A stretch of 64,000 nt of DNA from an uncultured Acidimicrobiia bacterium (GTDB lineage Bacteria > Acidobacteriota > Terriglobia > Versatilivoradales > Versatilivoraceae). The stretch is taken from contig CAWBAT010000006.1 in NCBI GenBank assembly GCA_963786955.1, forward strand, positions 672,001 through 736,000, read 5' to 3'. The notes beneath the pieces were generated by a model that worked only from the letters and a program-made list of their open reading frames with translations, was not told the origin of the DNA and ran no database searches. Below, in pieces: positions 30,977-44,248 of this stretch (positions are counted from its first letter, which is position 1; each line of letters starts with the position of its first letter). The translations under genes were made by a program, and so were the position numbers.

Positions 30977-31858
30977 TTGAGTTTTCATAAGTTCATCAGA
31001 ATCTGGTTTGTATCGATGATTTTTATTCTTCAAAGGCTTTCTTTCACTACAGTGCCGAACGACCTTATTTCGTCACTTATGACCACCATCTCGAAGAGCC
31101 GGGAAGCTTGGAATTTGCCATTGCGCCAGTCTGGGGAATCCCAAAAACCGGGAATCAATTTGTTGGGGCCTGGACGGAATTTGAATATGGGGTCAAAGCC
31201 TGGTGGACCACCGAATTTTATTTTACCGGACAATCAACCCAAAATGACAGCACGATCTCCACTGGGTTTCGCTGGGAAAATCGCTTTAGGCTCCTCGCCC
31301 GGGAACACTGGATTAATCCGGTATTCTACATTGAGTACGAAAATTCCAGTGAAGCAGACAAGACCTTGAAGGAAATTGTCGGAGTTGGTCCGAACGAACG
31401 ACTCTCCGAACCGAACAGTCATACTCGGGAAGAAAAAGAGCAGGAAATCGAGTTAAAGCTCATCTTGTCAAGCGATTTTAAAGGGTGGAACATCTCGGAA
31501 AACTTCATCGCGGCCAAGAGCATTACATCGAGCGAATCATGGAATTTTGGCTACGCATTTGGATTCAATCGGCCACTGGCTCTCAAGGCCCGTCCGGAAT
31601 GAATGCACGTTTTGTGCAGAAAACTTTCGTCTTGGGGCGGAATTTTACGGCGGACTTGGAAACTATTACGAGTTCGGACCGTCCGGGACTTGCCATTTCG
31701 CTGCCTTGGTGGCCGCTTGGGATTTGCCGAATGGTACAACCTTCCGGATCTCCCCTGCTGCGGGATTGACGGAGAACAGCCCTCAGTTCCTTTTAAGATT
31801 TGGGATCTCGCACGAGATCCCCCGCTTCGGGAGCATGATGAAGCGAATGTTCCGTTAG
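30977..31858 (+). CDS. Putative outer-membrane beta-barrel protein (frameshifted)
   Basis: Alternating aromatic/hydrophobic strands (EFEYGVKAWWTTEFYF, GFRWENRF, PVFYIEYE, LLRFGISHE) over ORFs 30977, 31108 and 31547. Confidence 0.6.
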
Positions 31859-31908
31859 GATTTAATGCCGTAAATTCCCCTGCATCATTTCAGCCGAGGA
31901 GCAACCTT

Positions 31909-32353
31909 ATGCAAGGCCCCCAAAAAGCAATATCGATCGTTTTCACTTTTTTGATCTTCTTTCCCGTGCTCGCTATAAACTCGCGGGCCGATGGAAATGA
32001 TAAAGGAATTGGAAAATCACTCCAGAAGGCTCCTCCCAAAATGGTGGAGCGTCAAGAATCCCTATGCCGGGGGCTCTGATGAAGAGGTGAAGGCGGGACT
32101 CAAACTCTTCAAAAGACATTGTGCCTCTTGTCATGAAAAAAGTTCTTCAACAATGAACAGTGCACCCTCTCTCAAAACTCTTTCCATTCGTACAGCACCT
32201 CCCGGATATCTATTCTGGTATCTAAAGAACGGGAATCTCCGCCGCGGGATGCCTGCCTGGTCCAGTTTGCCCGATGAGCGACTCTGGCAGTTGGTAACCT
32301 ACCTCCAAGATGTAGAATCGGATCAGGGCGTAGCATCTGGAGAGCTTCGCTGA
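31909..32353 (+). CDS. Monoheme c-type cytochrome (frameshifted)
   Basis: Signal peptide after GAGGAG RBS; CASCH heme motif; GMPAW distal Met. Confidence 0.85.
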
Positions 32354-33088
32354 AAGATATTTTGGCGCATGAATGAGTCATGCTGGCGAACACGCCCTCA
32401 TCGAGGTGAAGTTTGTTCCTAAACAAGGTCCTCAATCGGGCCTCAAGGACATCGATACCCGTCAACTCCCCTGCCTTTCCGCCTAGCTCTTGAGCACGTT
32501 CCCGGCTAAACGAGCCGAACCCGTTTTCTCCAAGGAAGAGTTAAATCCCTCGACCAACAAGCAAGATCGTCCAATCGAGAGCGCGTCCTACTGATTAACG
32601 CTGGCTTGAAGACCTGGGTCTCCTTGCAGCAAGGAATAAGCGCAATACAATTCAAAATTGATGCCTCAGAATAAGTGATGAAGTCAAAACTTCGATTGTT
32701 GAGTTACAGAATTGTTCATCTATCCCTGGGATCCATACTCTTTACCTTCACGCTGATCAAAAAAAATGTACGGAATCCTGCCTTCATTGAGCTGATTTCT
32801 GCAGGAAATCAGGATAAGTGAACTCATTAAGGCGCAAAATGCCTTGCCGGAGGATCGTTTCCTCTTAATGGGACTATTGTGTTTTCATTTTGTCAATTCA
32901 ATAACCTTAATGGCCTCCAGGATGCATTCCTCATCTAGTTGAAATCGATGATATGGGCTAGTCTAAGGCTACTTTTATGCAAAAAAAAAATTTACACTAT
33001 TCATCCATCCTTTGATTTGTCAGGCCCCTGGAAGTAATGAAGTTACAGCATTTCACTGATTGTTCCAGATGAATAGCGTGGAAATGAG

Positions 33089-35359
33089 ATGATGAATATT
33101 AAAATAAAAACAAGCAGGTCATTCTATTGGATCATGTCATCTCTTCTTCTGATGTTCGCCTCTGACGCCTTGGAAGCCCAGAACTGCGTCGCGCCACCTT
33201 CCGGTATGGTCGCCTGGTGGCCTGGCGATGGAAACACAAATGATATCATCGGCACTAATCCCGCTTTTTTGCAAGGAGGAGTGGTCTTTGCGATCAGGCA
33301 AGATAGGCCAAGCTTTTAGCTTCAACGGGGTCGATGGTATGGCCAAAGCTCCTTTTTCTTCCGCACTGAATATCCAAAGTGCAATAACCATTGAGGCCTG
33401 GGTGAACCCATCCATACCAGCTAGTACGAATATTCAGGCGATTGCGGGGAGATATGCAACATATCAGCTCCAAATCAATTCTGATGGCAAAGTTCTATTT
33501 GGCCTTTCTTTCGATCATACGCTCGACCAACAGGTGACATCGAGTAAGCCGCTTCCGGCCAATACCTTTACTCATATTGTCGGAACCTATGATTCTAGTT
33601 CTCGCCTAGAAAGACCTCTATATCAATGGTGTCCTTGATGTTACTCGTCCTATTACTTCAGGGAACAAGACGATCACGCTTCAACCAACCGAGCAGCCTT
33701 TTACTATCGGTGGCTTTGCTGGCGTCGATGGACTCAGTGCATTTTCCTTTTTGCAGGGGCTTGTCGATGAAGTCCAGGTATTTAGCCGCGCACTTTCTGA
33801 TTCAGAAATCCTTTCCATTTACAGCAGTGGGAGTGCGGGAATATGTAAGGGGGGCGGCGGTGACAATGGATCGGGGATATTTGTGCCAATCGTTCTTTCT
33901 TCCGCCGGATTGAACAGCTCTTTCTTCACTTCAGACATGGCTTTGACCAATCGGGGCAAGGTCGCAGCTACGGTCAGTTTTACCTATACAGCAGCCTTTG
34001 GGGGAGGAAGTGGAACAGCCTCTGACATTTTGCCAGCCGGCCAGCAGCGCACCGTTAGCGATGCCATCGGCTATTTGAGGTCCCTTGGAATCCCCATCCC
34101 GGCCTCGAGCAACCAAGGGGGAACCCTGCGGGTCAGTTTCAGCGGCATTTCTCCGTCAGAAGGATCTGTGACGGTTCGAACAGCCACGGCTGTGGCCAAT
34201 GGACGAGCAGGCCTAGCCTATAATGGGATTCCCGTTTCGAGTACTTTGACAGAATCCGCTTACCTTTGTGGACTTCGCCAGACGGCTACGGATCGATCAA
34301 ACGTGGCTATTCAGAATGTGGGTACGGAAGGGGATATCGTGCTCCGAGTGACTGTTTACTCAGGCGATCCGGCCAATCCTTTTTCGCAAGATGTTCTACT
34401 CACAACTCTCGGGCCAGGAGCGTTTACTCAAATCAGTGGGGTTCTTCAATCGAATGGCTTGTCGCTGACTAACGGCTTTGTCCGAGTTTCCAAAGTCAGC
34501 GGCTCGTCCCCTTATTTCGCTTATGCAGTGATCAACGATCAGTCTAACTCCGATGGATCGTTTGTTCCTCCGCTTCTCGAGAGCTCTTTACTGAATCACA
34601 CAGGGCAGACGCTTCCCGTCATTGTAGAGACCAGCGCATTCAGTAGCGAACTGGTGGTGACCAATTTGTCTGCCTCTCTTACAAACACCTACCATTTTTC
34701 CTTTGTCTCCAGTGCTATTTCATCTGCCAACAACACAGCCAATTTCAATATCACGCTTAAACCCAGGGAACAAGCCATCATCCCCAATCTTGTTCAATAC
34801 CTGAGAGACCATGCGGATTGGCGGGATTGCACCCCCGGGAAATTCCATCTCCGGGGCATTGTTCGTGACGGGAGACACAAGCAGTCTCTTCTTAGGTGCA
34901 CGGACCTCGACCCCCGGTGGAGGAGGCCGATACGGACTGTTTTATGTCGCCGTTCCTTATGGATTGGCCAGCACGACGGATGCTTGGATCTACGGCCTGC
35001 GGCAAGATGGGCAGAATCGGTCAAATGTGGGTCTGGTCAATACGGGCGAGGCGAATGGGAACCCAGACACTTTCAACATTGAGCTTTATAACGGTGTGAC
35101 CGGTGTGAAAGTCTCCACCCTGGGGGGGATCAACTTGAATTCCCGACAATGGACACAGATTGGAACGATCCTGGCCGGGACAGGGATCAGTCAAGGATAT
35201 GTGCATGTTGTCCGTTCCACCGGCTCCAATCCGTTCATTTCCTATGGGGTCATTAATGATGGCAGCCAGCCCGGCGATCGAACCGGCGATGGAGCGTACA
35301 TCCCAGCAGTCCATAGTCCTGATTCTGATTGCAATCTGCTCCCAATTTGCAAGTTGTGA
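33089..35359 (+). CDS. Secreted LamG/concanavalin-domain protein with repeated C-terminal beta modules (frameshifted)
   Basis: CVAPPSGMVAWWPGDGN, ITIEAWVNP, HIVGTYD, GLVDEVQVFSRALS; two-fold repeat RSNV.(I/L).N.G...Y.VIND...DG. Confidence 0.75.
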
Positions 35360-35637
35360 GCTCGGCATTTGTGAGGTTGTTCCAGAAGCAACGGAATTCT
35401 TCTCAAGTGCCGACAGCGTTATTGCATTGTTGAGTTTCTAGGTCTTTCGCACTGATTGTCGCTACGATCCCACTGTTACCTGAAAATCCTCTACAATTTG
35501 GAAGTGGAAGGCTTCTGCATCTGCAGAATGTGACAGGGACCTGCCCGCTTGACAGCGCCTGAGGATATGATAATCTTTGGCGACTGAGTAGTTTTGCCTC
35601 TTGGCCTGGATTTTTTTGATTCCCTGCACAGCCGTCG

Positions 35638-36804
35638 ATGCGCAAATACATTCCTTTCGCCTTTAAGAATTCCATACGCAACAAGAGGCGCACGATCCTA
35701 ACCATCCTCAGCATTTCGGTTTCCCTCTTCCTATTGGGGATGCTGTTTGCGTTGTACCATGCTTTTTATTACCGCTCAGGACCGCCGGAGCAGGCGTTGC
35801 GCATGGTCACTCGGAATCGAGTCTCGCTGACTTTCTCCTTACCCGAATACTATGGAGAAAAGATCCGGCAGGTTTCGGGAGTGAAGAATTTGACGACACG
35901 GACCTGGTTCCAGGGTATGTATATCGACAACCGTCCCGAGCATTTTTTCCCCCGATTTGCCACGGATCCTGAAAAGATTTTCCAGGTTTATCCAGAAATG
36001 AAGATTTCCCCGGACGAACTGAAAGCATTTCAGTCCGAGCGCACGGCCGCCGCGGTGGGAAAGAGCCTGGCAGAAAAACATCATTTCAAAGTCGGTCAGA
36101 AAATCACCATCAAAGGGGATATTTATCCGGTCGATTTGGAACTCACCATTCGAGCCATTTTTGCGGGAACCGAGCAAGGCTCCGATGGGGTACTTTACTT
36201 TCATCGCAAGTATTTAGAGGAAGGGCTTCCGGAATCCCGCAAGGGAACGGTTGGAACCTTTGTCATGATCGCCGATTCTGCTGAGGCGGTCCCTGGGGTC
36301 TGCCGCGATGTGGACGAGATGTTCCGGAACTCCGATCGCCAGACCAAAACCGAGTCAGAACGGGCCTTCTACTTGAGTTTTGTGGCACAGTTGGGGAATG
36401 TCAAATTGTTCCTACTCAGCATCTGTGGAGCCGTTGTCTTCACGATATTGCTTGTGTCGTCAAATACAATGGCGATGTCCGTACGTGAAAGAATCCGAGA
36501 GATTGGAGTATTAAAGACCCTGGGCTTTACGACCGGCAAGGTATTAAGCATGATCATCGCGGAATCGATCATCATTGCGATGGTGGGAGGGGCAATAGGA
36601 AGTGTCCTGGCTTTTTCTTTATGTCAAATCTTAAACAAGATTCCCTCGGTTCGGCTGGTCTTATTTGCCGGCCTGATCATGCCTCCTTCTGTTCTGCTGA
36701 TCAGTCTGAGCGTGGCTTTCGCGGTAGGTTTTTTGAGCTCCGTGTTTCCCGCTTGGAACGCCTCCCGGGTACCGATTACTGATGCCTTGCGACATGCGGG
36801 TTAA
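35638..36804 (+). CDS. MacB/FtsX-type ABC transporter permease
   Basis: RNKRRTILT, NTMAMSVRERIREIGVLKTLGF. Confidence 0.92.
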   Translation: MRKYIPFAFKNSIRNKRRTILTILSISVSLFLLGMLFALYHAFYYRSGPPEQALRMVTRNRVSLTFSLPEYYGEKIRQVSGVKNLTTRTWFQGMYIDNRPEHFFPRFATDPEKIFQVYPEMKISPDELKAFQSERTAAAVGKSLAEKHHFKVGQKITIKGDIYPVDLELTIRAIFAGTEQGSDGVLYFHRKYLEEGLPESRKGTVGTFVMIADSAEAVPGVCRDVDEMFRNSDRQTKTESERAFYLSFVAQLGNVKLFLLSICGAVVFTILLVSSNTMAMSVRERIREIGVLKTLGFTTGKVLSMIIAESIIIAMVGGAIGSVLAFSLCQILNKIPSVRLVLFAGLIMPPSVLLISLSVAFAVGFLSSVFPAWNASRVPITDALRHAG

Positions 36805-36869
36805 GGGATAGAATATTTCCCCGCTCGATCGAACAAGAATTCATTGCTGCCCATTGGACTGGATCCACA

Positions 36870-38037
36870 ATGGCCATACCGCTTTATTACAATCTCAGGA
36901 ATTTACGCTTTCGCAAAACAACGACCTTGATGACGGCTCTCGGGATCGCTCTGACGGTGGCAGTGTTGTTGGGAATCATGGCCATGGTCGTTGGCCTGAA
37001 ATCGGCACTACGCTCATCCGGGCATCCTTTAAACCTTATTGTGATGCGCAAGAATTCTTCTTCCGAGCTGATTAGCCAGATTGCCCGGGAAGCCGTTATG
37101 AACATTCGGTTTAAAGAGGGAATCCAGAAACTCCCAGATGGAGAGCCTATGGTTTCCGGCGAGATCGTTACCGTCATCAACCTTCCCGGGAAGGACAAGC
37201 CGGAAGGGGCCAACGTGAACATCCGCGGGCTTTCAGAGACGGGCGTGAAGATGCGTCCTGAAGTCGAGCATCGCCGCGGGCAGATGGTATGAACCCGGTC
37301 AGCGGGAAATCGTCGTCGGAAAATCCGTGGCTTCCCGCTATGCCGGCACAGCGTTGGGTGACAGCCTCCGTTTTGGACGAGGAGATTGGAAGATCGTGGG
37401 CGTTTTCGTGGCGCAAGGGACAGCCTTTGAAAGTGAGATTTGGGGAGAGTTGAATCAAATTGCAGCGGATTTCAATCGAACTGAGGTCTTATCTTCTGCG
37501 CTGGTGCGGGCGACCGATCCCATTGCCCTAGCGGCCTTGATGAACAGCCTCTCGGAGGACCAACGCCTCTATCTGGAAGGAAGGCCCGAGACGGATTATT
37601 ACGCACAGCAGACCAGTTCGGCTCGTCCCATCGAGTTCCTGGGTGTTTTCGTCGCCGTCATCATGGCAATCGGAAGTAGTTTTGCTGCCATGAACACGAT
37701 GTATGCCGCTGTTTCCCGCAGGGCCCGTGAAATCGGGACATTACGGGTGCTCGGCTTTTCCAGAGCCAGTATTCTTGTGTCTTTTGTCATTGAATCTCTG
37801 TTGCTGTCTGTGCTCGGAGGCCTCATGGGTGTGCTGATGGTCTTGCCTCTCAATGGAGTGGAGAGCGGGATCGGCAACTCAGTGACCTTCAGTCAAACCA
37901 GCTTCGATTTCCGAGTCACTCCTGAAATTATCCTGACCGGGATTGCCTTTGCTACCCTGATGGGAATCTTGGGCGGTTATCTTCCTGCTCGCAGCGCCTC
38001 GAAGCAGGATATCTTGAACGCACTGCGTGAATTATGA
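36870..38037 (+). CDS. MacB/FtsX-type ABC transporter permease (frameshifted)
   Basis: YNLRNL..RKTTT; NTMYAAVSRRAREIGTLRVLGF. Confidence 0.9.
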
Positions 38038-39422
38038 TGCCCACAGACAAGACGAATTTAGATCAGGGTCTGAGCAATCTGAAGATCGACCGAAGCCCGC
38101 AGCAGAAATCAAAAAGACCTTCGCCATGGGCAACCCGTTGGATTTTGGCCGGCGTAGGAATTTTTGTTCTGCTTGGTTTGGCAACCCTGGTCTCTCGATT
38201 GAGAGGCCAAGCAGCCGAAGTTGAGACGTTTCGTGTGAGTTCTCGATCGGCAGGGGCTGGGGATGAACAGGGAGTCGTCCTGAATGCTGCCGGTTACATC
38301 GTGGCCCATCACAAGATCCAGCTCGGCGCCAAAGTTATGGGCAAGGTTGCCTGGATCGGAGTGGAAAAGGGAAACTTCGTCCAGAAGGGTCAAGTTCTGG
38401 TTCGCCTGGAAGACGACGAATATCGCGCCCAGCTACAGCAGGCCAAAGGAAATTACGAGTCTCTTCAAAACCAACTCGGAGAACTGGAAAATGGCTCGCG
38501 ACCTGAAGAGGTGGCTCGCGCCAAAGCCAATCTCGAGCAGGCGAAAGCCGACCTGGAAAACGCCCGGGTGAATCTGGAACGCGTGGGAGGTTTGCACAAA
38601 GAAGGAGTCGTCCCCCCGCAGGATTTGGATAATGCTCAGGCACGCTACGAAGGCCAGAAGGCTCGCGTCGATTCATTGAACAGGGACTATGAACTTTACC
38701 GCATTGGTCCGCGCCATGAGGTGATTGACGCCATGCGGGGCCGTGTCGCACAGGCCAGAGGCGAAATGGCTTTGAGAGAAACGTATTTGGATGCCACAGT
38801 CATTCGGGCTCCAATCTCAGGCACCATCCTGGAGCGCGTCGTCGAACAAGGCGAGTTTCTAACCACAGGCTTCGTTGGAGATCGAGGAGCCAAGGGGTTT
38901 GTAGTCTCAATGGCGGATTTGAATGACCTGCAGGTGGAATTAGATATCAGCCAGGACGATTTTGCCAAACTCTTCATGGGACAGAAAGCCATTGTGACCA
39001 CAGACGCTTTTCCGGACCGTAAGTACGATGGGGTGATTGCGGAGATGTCTCCGGAAGCAAACCGGCAGAAAGCCACCGTACAAGTCAAAGTGCAAATCCT
39101 CAAGCCGGATTCCTTCCTGCGTCCCGAGATGAACGCTCGAGCAGCCTTTGTCGCCAAAGAGGCGGCGGAGAAAAAGGACGGCCCCCCGCCACCGCCTCGA
39201 ATTGTCATTCCCAATACGGCCATCCGAGACGATAGCGGCAAGAAGTCAATTTTTATCGTATTGGAGGGAAAGGCTATCGAACGCACCATCAAAGTGGGCA
39301 ACCCCACTTCTAAAGGGGTCGAAGTGGCCGATGGCTTGATCGGTGGAGAGGAAATCGTTCTGAATCCCCCGGCCAATCTCAAGGATGGAGATCGCATCCA
39401 AGTCAAACAAAAGCAGGGATGA
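38034..39422 (+). CDS. Periplasmic adaptor (MacA/HlyD family)
   Basis: N-terminal [18 protein letters not shown], coiled coil, IRAPISGTI. Confidence 0.92.
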   Translation: MMPTDKTNLDQGLSNLKIDRSPQQKSKRPSPWATRWILAGVGIFVLLGLATLVSRLRGQAAEVETFRVSSRSAGAGDEQGVVLNAAGYIVAHHKIQLGAKVMGKVAWIGVEKGNFVQKGQVLVRLEDDEYRAQLQQAKGNYESLQNQLGELENGSRPEEVARAKANLEQAKADLENARVNLERVGGLHKEGVVPPQDLDNAQARYEGQKARVDSLNRDYELYRIGPRHEVIDAMRGRVAQARGEMALRETYLDATVIRAPISGTILERVVEQGEFLTTGFVGDRGAKGFVVSMADLNDLQVELDISQDDFAKLFMGQKAIVTTDAFPDRKYDGVIAEMSPEANRQKATVQVKVQILKPDSFLRPEMNARAAFVAKEAAEKKDGPPPPPRIVIPNTAIRDDSGKKSIFIVLEGKAIERTIKVGNPTSKGVEVADGLIGGEEIVLNPPANLKDGDRIQVKQKQG

Positions 39423-39444
39423 TCCAATTTCTTCAGAGGAACTT

Positions 39445-40143
39445 ATGGAAGATACCGCAATCATTGAAACCACCGATTTGCATAAAGAATATAAACGAGA
39501 CGAATTTAAGATCATTGCGTTACAGAATGCGAATATGCAAATCAAAAAAGGAGAATTTGTCGCCTTGATGGGGCCTTCCGGCTCTGGCAAATCCACGCTA
39601 TTACATTTGATTGCCGCGATTGATCGACCGACCCACGGTCGTGTGCGTGTGCTAGGCCAAGACCTCCAGGATTTGAGCGACAAACAGATTGCCCATTGGA
39701 GAAACGAAAATGTTGGTTTTGTATTCCAATCATTCAACCTCATCCCGGTTTTGACGGCGCGGGAGAATGTTGAGCTCCCCCTTTTGCTGACTCACTTGAG
39801 TAAACGGGAAAGAATCGATCATGCCGAAAATGCCCTTCGACTCGTGGGTTTGGGGGATCGGCTCGGACATTACCCTCGTCAACTTTCCGGTGGCCAGGAG
39901 CAGCGCGTTGCCATCGCCCGGGCCATTGTCACTGACCCACAACTGATTCTGGCTGATGAACCGACCGGCGATCTGGATGCCCAATCGGCAACAGATGTTC
40001 TGACGATACTCTCCAAGCTCAACAAGGAATTCAACAAGACCGTCGTCATGGTCACTCACGACCCTCATGCGGCAAAATTTGCCAACAAGATCCGCTACCT
40101 CGAAAAAGGGGAGCTCCTTCCCGAAGGAACAGTGCCCCAGTAG
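39445..40143 (+). CDS. ABC transporter ATP-binding protein (LolD/MacB-like)
   Basis: [29 protein letters not shown]. Confidence 0.95.
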   Translation: MEDTAIIETTDLHKEYKRDEFKIIALQNANMQIKKGEFVALMGPSGSGKSTLLHLIAAIDRPTHGRVRVLGQDLQDLSDKQIAHWRNENVGFVFQSFNLIPVLTARENVELPLLLTHLSKRERIDHAENALRLVGLGDRLGHYPRQLSGGQEQRVAIARAIVTDPQLILADEPTGDLDAQSATDVLTILSKLNKEFNKTVVMVTHDPHAAKFANKIRYLEKGELLPEGTVPQ

Positions 40144-40325
40144 CAGGTCGTGCGCAACCTGCTCTTTTCGCAGCAACGGGGTTACAGTGTCCTCTGGCGT
40201 GGTGTCAACGCCATTCTCATGACGAAGAAACGCCGCAGACTCAAAAAGAGAGTCTGCGCTACAGGAATTCATGCCCTCTCCGGTGGGAGACCCGGTCCCC
40301 TCTAATTTCAGCTTGAAGCTGGCTC

Positions 40326-41057
40326 ATGCTTCCCCTCAAAAACATTTCGATTCTTCTCCTTGAACCTCAATCCCCAGCCAATATCGGGTCGGTCGCCCGA
40401 GTCATGAAGAACATGGGGCTCACGTCTCTTTATCTCATCAACCCACAAACGGAAATTAACGCAGAGTCATTCCAATTGGCCTGCGGAGCAGACGATATTC
40501 TCGCCGCAGCCCGACGCACGGAGACACTCGCGGAAACATTGCAGCCATTCAGCCTCTGCGTTGGAACCACCTCCCGTTCTGTGGATACATTCCCGCGGGT
40601 GTTAACCCCTCATCAACTGGCCACGCAGATTGCTGAGTTTTCTAGCGAGAGCCAGATTGCCCTCCTTTTTGGTCCGGAACGCACCGGACTCACGAACGAG
40701 CAGGTGCAATATTGTCAGTGGTTAGTGACTATCCCTTCGAACCCGGAATTTGAATCGATGAATCTGTCACACGCCGTCGCCATTCTGGCCTATGAACTTT
40801 ATAGCCGCCAACCACAACCCGTGCTGGGCAGGGAAATCCAGAACGCACGGTTAAGTCAAATCGAGTCTTTCTACAAGACACTCGAAAGGAATCTCATCGA
40901 GATCGGTTTTTTGAAGTCCCCAAACCCGGAGCGGCTCATGATCACCATTCGAAACATTCTGTCACGAGCTTCGTTGGAAGCGCGTGATGTTCAGATCCTG
41001 CGTGGCCTTCTCCGACAGTGGAACTGGTATGCGGAAAAACTGAAAAGGAAAGGATAG
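40326..41057 (+). CDS. trmJ: TrmJ/LasT family RNA methyltransferase
   Basis: PANIGSVARVMKNMG, FGPERTGL, SMNLSHAV. Confidence 0.85.
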   Translation: MLPLKNISILLLEPQSPANIGSVARVMKNMGLTSLYLINPQTEINAESFQLACGADDILAAARRTETLAETLQPFSLCVGTTSRSVDTFPRVLTPHQLATQIAEFSSESQIALLFGPERTGLTNEQVQYCQWLVTIPSNPEFESMNLSHAVAILAYELYSRQPQPVLGREIQNARLSQIESFYKTLERNLIEIGFLKSPNPERLMITIRNILSRASLEARDVQILRGLLRQWNWYAEKLKRKG

Positions 41058-41088
41058 CAATCCGCTCTCAAGATGTTTCATTGCGGAT

Positions 41089-41113
41089 GGAGGGTCGAGC
41101 TCCTGCGAGACCG
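41089..41113 (+). repeat. GGAG-type REP-like palindrome
   Basis: GGAGGGTCGAGCTCCTGCGAGACC; related copy at 62425-62450. Confidence 0.5.
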
Positions 41114-41221
41114 GAATCTGCAACCGCAATATCAAAACGGCGTCGTGCGCCAGACGGCGGACTCCGGCCCCCAGCGAAGTCGTTTGGCGCGGTACAATTG
41201 CCTTCTTCTATTTAAGCGAGA

Positions 41222-42285
41222 TCAGTTCCAGACACCAGCAATCGTTTGCTGGCAGCGGGGGCAGTCGCCGTTTTTTAGCGTGTTCTGGAGGACGTGGAAC
41301 CCGTAACGTTCGATAAGAAGCGCGTGGCAGGAAGGACAATAGGTGTTTTCCCATTCAGCCACATGTCCGGGCAGATTGCCCGCATAGACATAATGCAATC
41401 CTGCCTTCTTGCCAAGCTCGCAGGCTTTTAAGAGAGTGTTCACCGGAAGTGTTATCAGAGCTGGTCATCTTATAATCTTTGTGAAACGCGGTTACATGCC
41501 ACGGAATGTCCAGCGAGACATTTGCCAGGAACTGGGCGACGTCAGAGAGTTCTTCATCACCATCATTAAATCCGGGAACGATTAGGGTTACGACTTCCAC
41601 CCAGAATCCTTTCTCATGAAGCTGGCGGATCGTTTCCAGTACCCCATCCAGCCGGCCCCCCAGCTTTCGATAGTTCCTATCGCGGAAGCTCTTCAAATCC
41701 ACTTTATAAAGATCCACCCACGGCCTTAAGTAATCCAATACTTCGGTCGTCCCGTTCCCATTGGAGATATAGGCCGTTTTGAAACCTTCCTGCTTAGCGC
41801 GCTGAAAAACCGCGACCGCCCATTCCGAGGTGATTAAGGGTTCATTATAAGTGCTGGCGAGGACTCTTGCATGATAACGATGGCTCAACTGATACGAGCT
41901 CATTCACGGAGGTATCTTGAGGAATAGCGATGGCGCTCGGATCTCGGAGAGCTTGAGAGGTAATCCAGTTTTGACAGTAGCCGCAATGATAGTCACAACC
42001 GAGCATGCCAAAGCTCAAAGCCTGCGCTCCGGGCAAGGCATGGAAGAATGGTTTCTTCTCAATGGGGTCGCATTGCAATGCCGCAACATATCCAAAGGGG
42101 ACATAAAGAGTACCCCCTTTATTGAAGCGGACTTTGCAGATGCCTGGCAAGCCTTCCAGAATGACGCAGCGGTGTCCGCAAGCAAAACAGCGAAGGCGGT
42201 TGTCGGGTAGCTTTTCGTAAAGCGATCCCACAACCGTTCGGTTTTCCAAGGCCTCAGCTAACGTGCCAGGCTGTGTCACAGTCAT
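41222..42285 (-). CDS. amrS: AmmeMemoRadiSam system radical SAM enzyme (frameshifted)
   Basis: CFACGHRC, DPIEKKPFFH, GCDYHCGYCQNW, TYNEP, VYAGNLPG, CPSC/CPRC. Confidence 0.9.
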
Positions 42286-42365
42286 CCTCTTCGCAATTGA
42301 AGTTGCGCCAACAAAGTGTCCAACTCCGCCTGGCTTCAAAGACACTCCGGAAGGAGTGCTCAATC

Positions 42366-44233
42366 TTAGGATTTCTTTCCAGGTCGCACGCTAGACTTCC
42401 CAGTTGCTGGCCCTCCCTTGCCTCCTCCTGCCCCGCCCTTCCCTTCCTCCAAGACAACAATCTGATTCGCTTTGATGTTCTCGAAAGTATCTTTCCGGCC
42501 GCTGGGCCAAGCGACCTCTACGCGATCCACCTTGGTCGCATCACCAAGCCCGAAATGGAGCCGCATATCACTGTGCGAGATATATCCGTTTCCGCTCCGC
42601 ACATCGTCAATCATCTTGTGATTGGCTGCGTAAACCGTCACCCGCGCGCCGATACCGTCCCGGTTGGATTGTCTGCCGACGGTCTTGAACATGATCCAGT
42701 TCTTTTTCTCACCGTAATTCTTGAGGAGACTTGGCGTTTCATTCTTGTTCATGATAAATATTTCCAAACTACCGTCATTATCAATATCGCCCAGAGCGGA
42801 TCCTCGTGAGGAATGTGGCTCCAAGATCCCATTCCCGGACTGACCCGAAATATCCAGGAACGTTCCATTGCGCAGGTTCCAGAAGACGAGCCGTTCCTGT
42901 TTATAGGGGCTATCGGGTGATATCTCGTTTACTTCCGGATAGACATGCCCATTGGCCATATAAATGTCTTTCCAGCCGTCATGGTCAACGTCAAAAAAAC
43001 CATTGCCCCAACCGAGGAAGCGAGTGTTGACACCCATGCGGGCGGCAAACGTGACATCGGTGAACGTCCCATCTCCGTTGTTATGGTAGAGAGTCGGCGT
43101 ATCATCCGCAAAATTGCATTTCACAATGTCCATGAAACCATCATTATCGTAGTCAGCTACCGATACGCCCATGCCCGCTTGCTCTTGACCATCTTCGTTA
43201 AAGGCCCCGCCAGAAATCAAACCAATGTCGGTGAAAGTTCCATTCCCATTGTTATGGTAGAAAATGTTAGGAGTTGAGTCGCAAGAAAGATAGATATCTG
43301 GCCAACCATCATTGTCATAATCGGACGCGATAGGTGAAAAACCATAATACCCGCTCGGTTTAGTGACACCGGCCTTTTCGGACACATCGCTAAAAGTTCC
43401 ATCCCCGTTATTGTCGGTAAAGCATATTCGTCCCTCCGGGCAAGCCGCGTGGCCCGCACATAACGGGAATCCCTTTCCATTGGCAGTACTGGTTCGTGCC
43501 CTTGGCCGGGACCTTCTTGATGTCAAAAATCACATATTCCGCGACAAACAAATCTAATTTGCCATCCTTGTCGTAGTCAATAAATGTACAGCCCGTACTC
43601 CAGCGTGGATTCTTATGCAAGAGACCTGCTTTCTCTGTGATATCGGCGAATGAACCGTTCCCTTCGTTTCGGTAGAGAGACATTCTGTCCGAAGTAGGTA
43701 ACCATGAGATCTTCATGCCCATCGTTATCGAAATCACCCACGCAAACCCCTTGGCCCCACCCTGACCGCACCAGGTTGGCCTTTTCGGTAACATCTTCAA
43801 ACGTTCCATCATGTTTATTTCGATAGAGGTGATTGATGGGTTCCTGCCCCTTCGGGAAACCTTCAAGAGTCGTTCCATTCACCATGAAGAGATCGATCCA
43901 TCCGTCATTGTCATAGTCGAACATGGCCGCACCACTTCCGGTTGTTTCGAGGATATATCTCTGGTCCATCCCTCCTGTTATATGGGGGGCTGATAAGCCG
44001 GCCTTCGAGGCGATGTCTTCAAACCGAACTTTCGGCAAGGGGAATTCAATTTTGATATTCGGCAAAGGACGGGCGACCCGATGCGGTACCGCAACTCCCT
44101 GACTCCAAACCCTAAAACTGATATGAAGAATTAATAACGTGACAGGAACAAAATAGCGGAAGTAAATTTCACCCGATTGGGAACAAATCTCATACCAAGG
44201 AAAAGTTTCCTCCGTTTTGCCAATTACCGTCAA
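42366..44233 (-). CDS. CRTAC1-like FG-GAP/ASPIC-UnbV protein (frameshifted)
   Basis: Repeated DYDNDG and NNGDGTFTD motifs; C-terminal LHFGLG...WPSG. Confidence 0.88.
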
Positions 44234-44248
44234 CCCACTCCGACAGCG

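Noticed and set aside
32354-33088. Possible gene or transposase remnant in a long intergenic gap
   Set aside because: No recognisable motif, terminal repeats or intact ORF
38696-39427. Long antisense ORFs (also 52487-53050, 60093-60686 and others)
   Set aside because: Shadow frames of well-supported genes on the opposite strand
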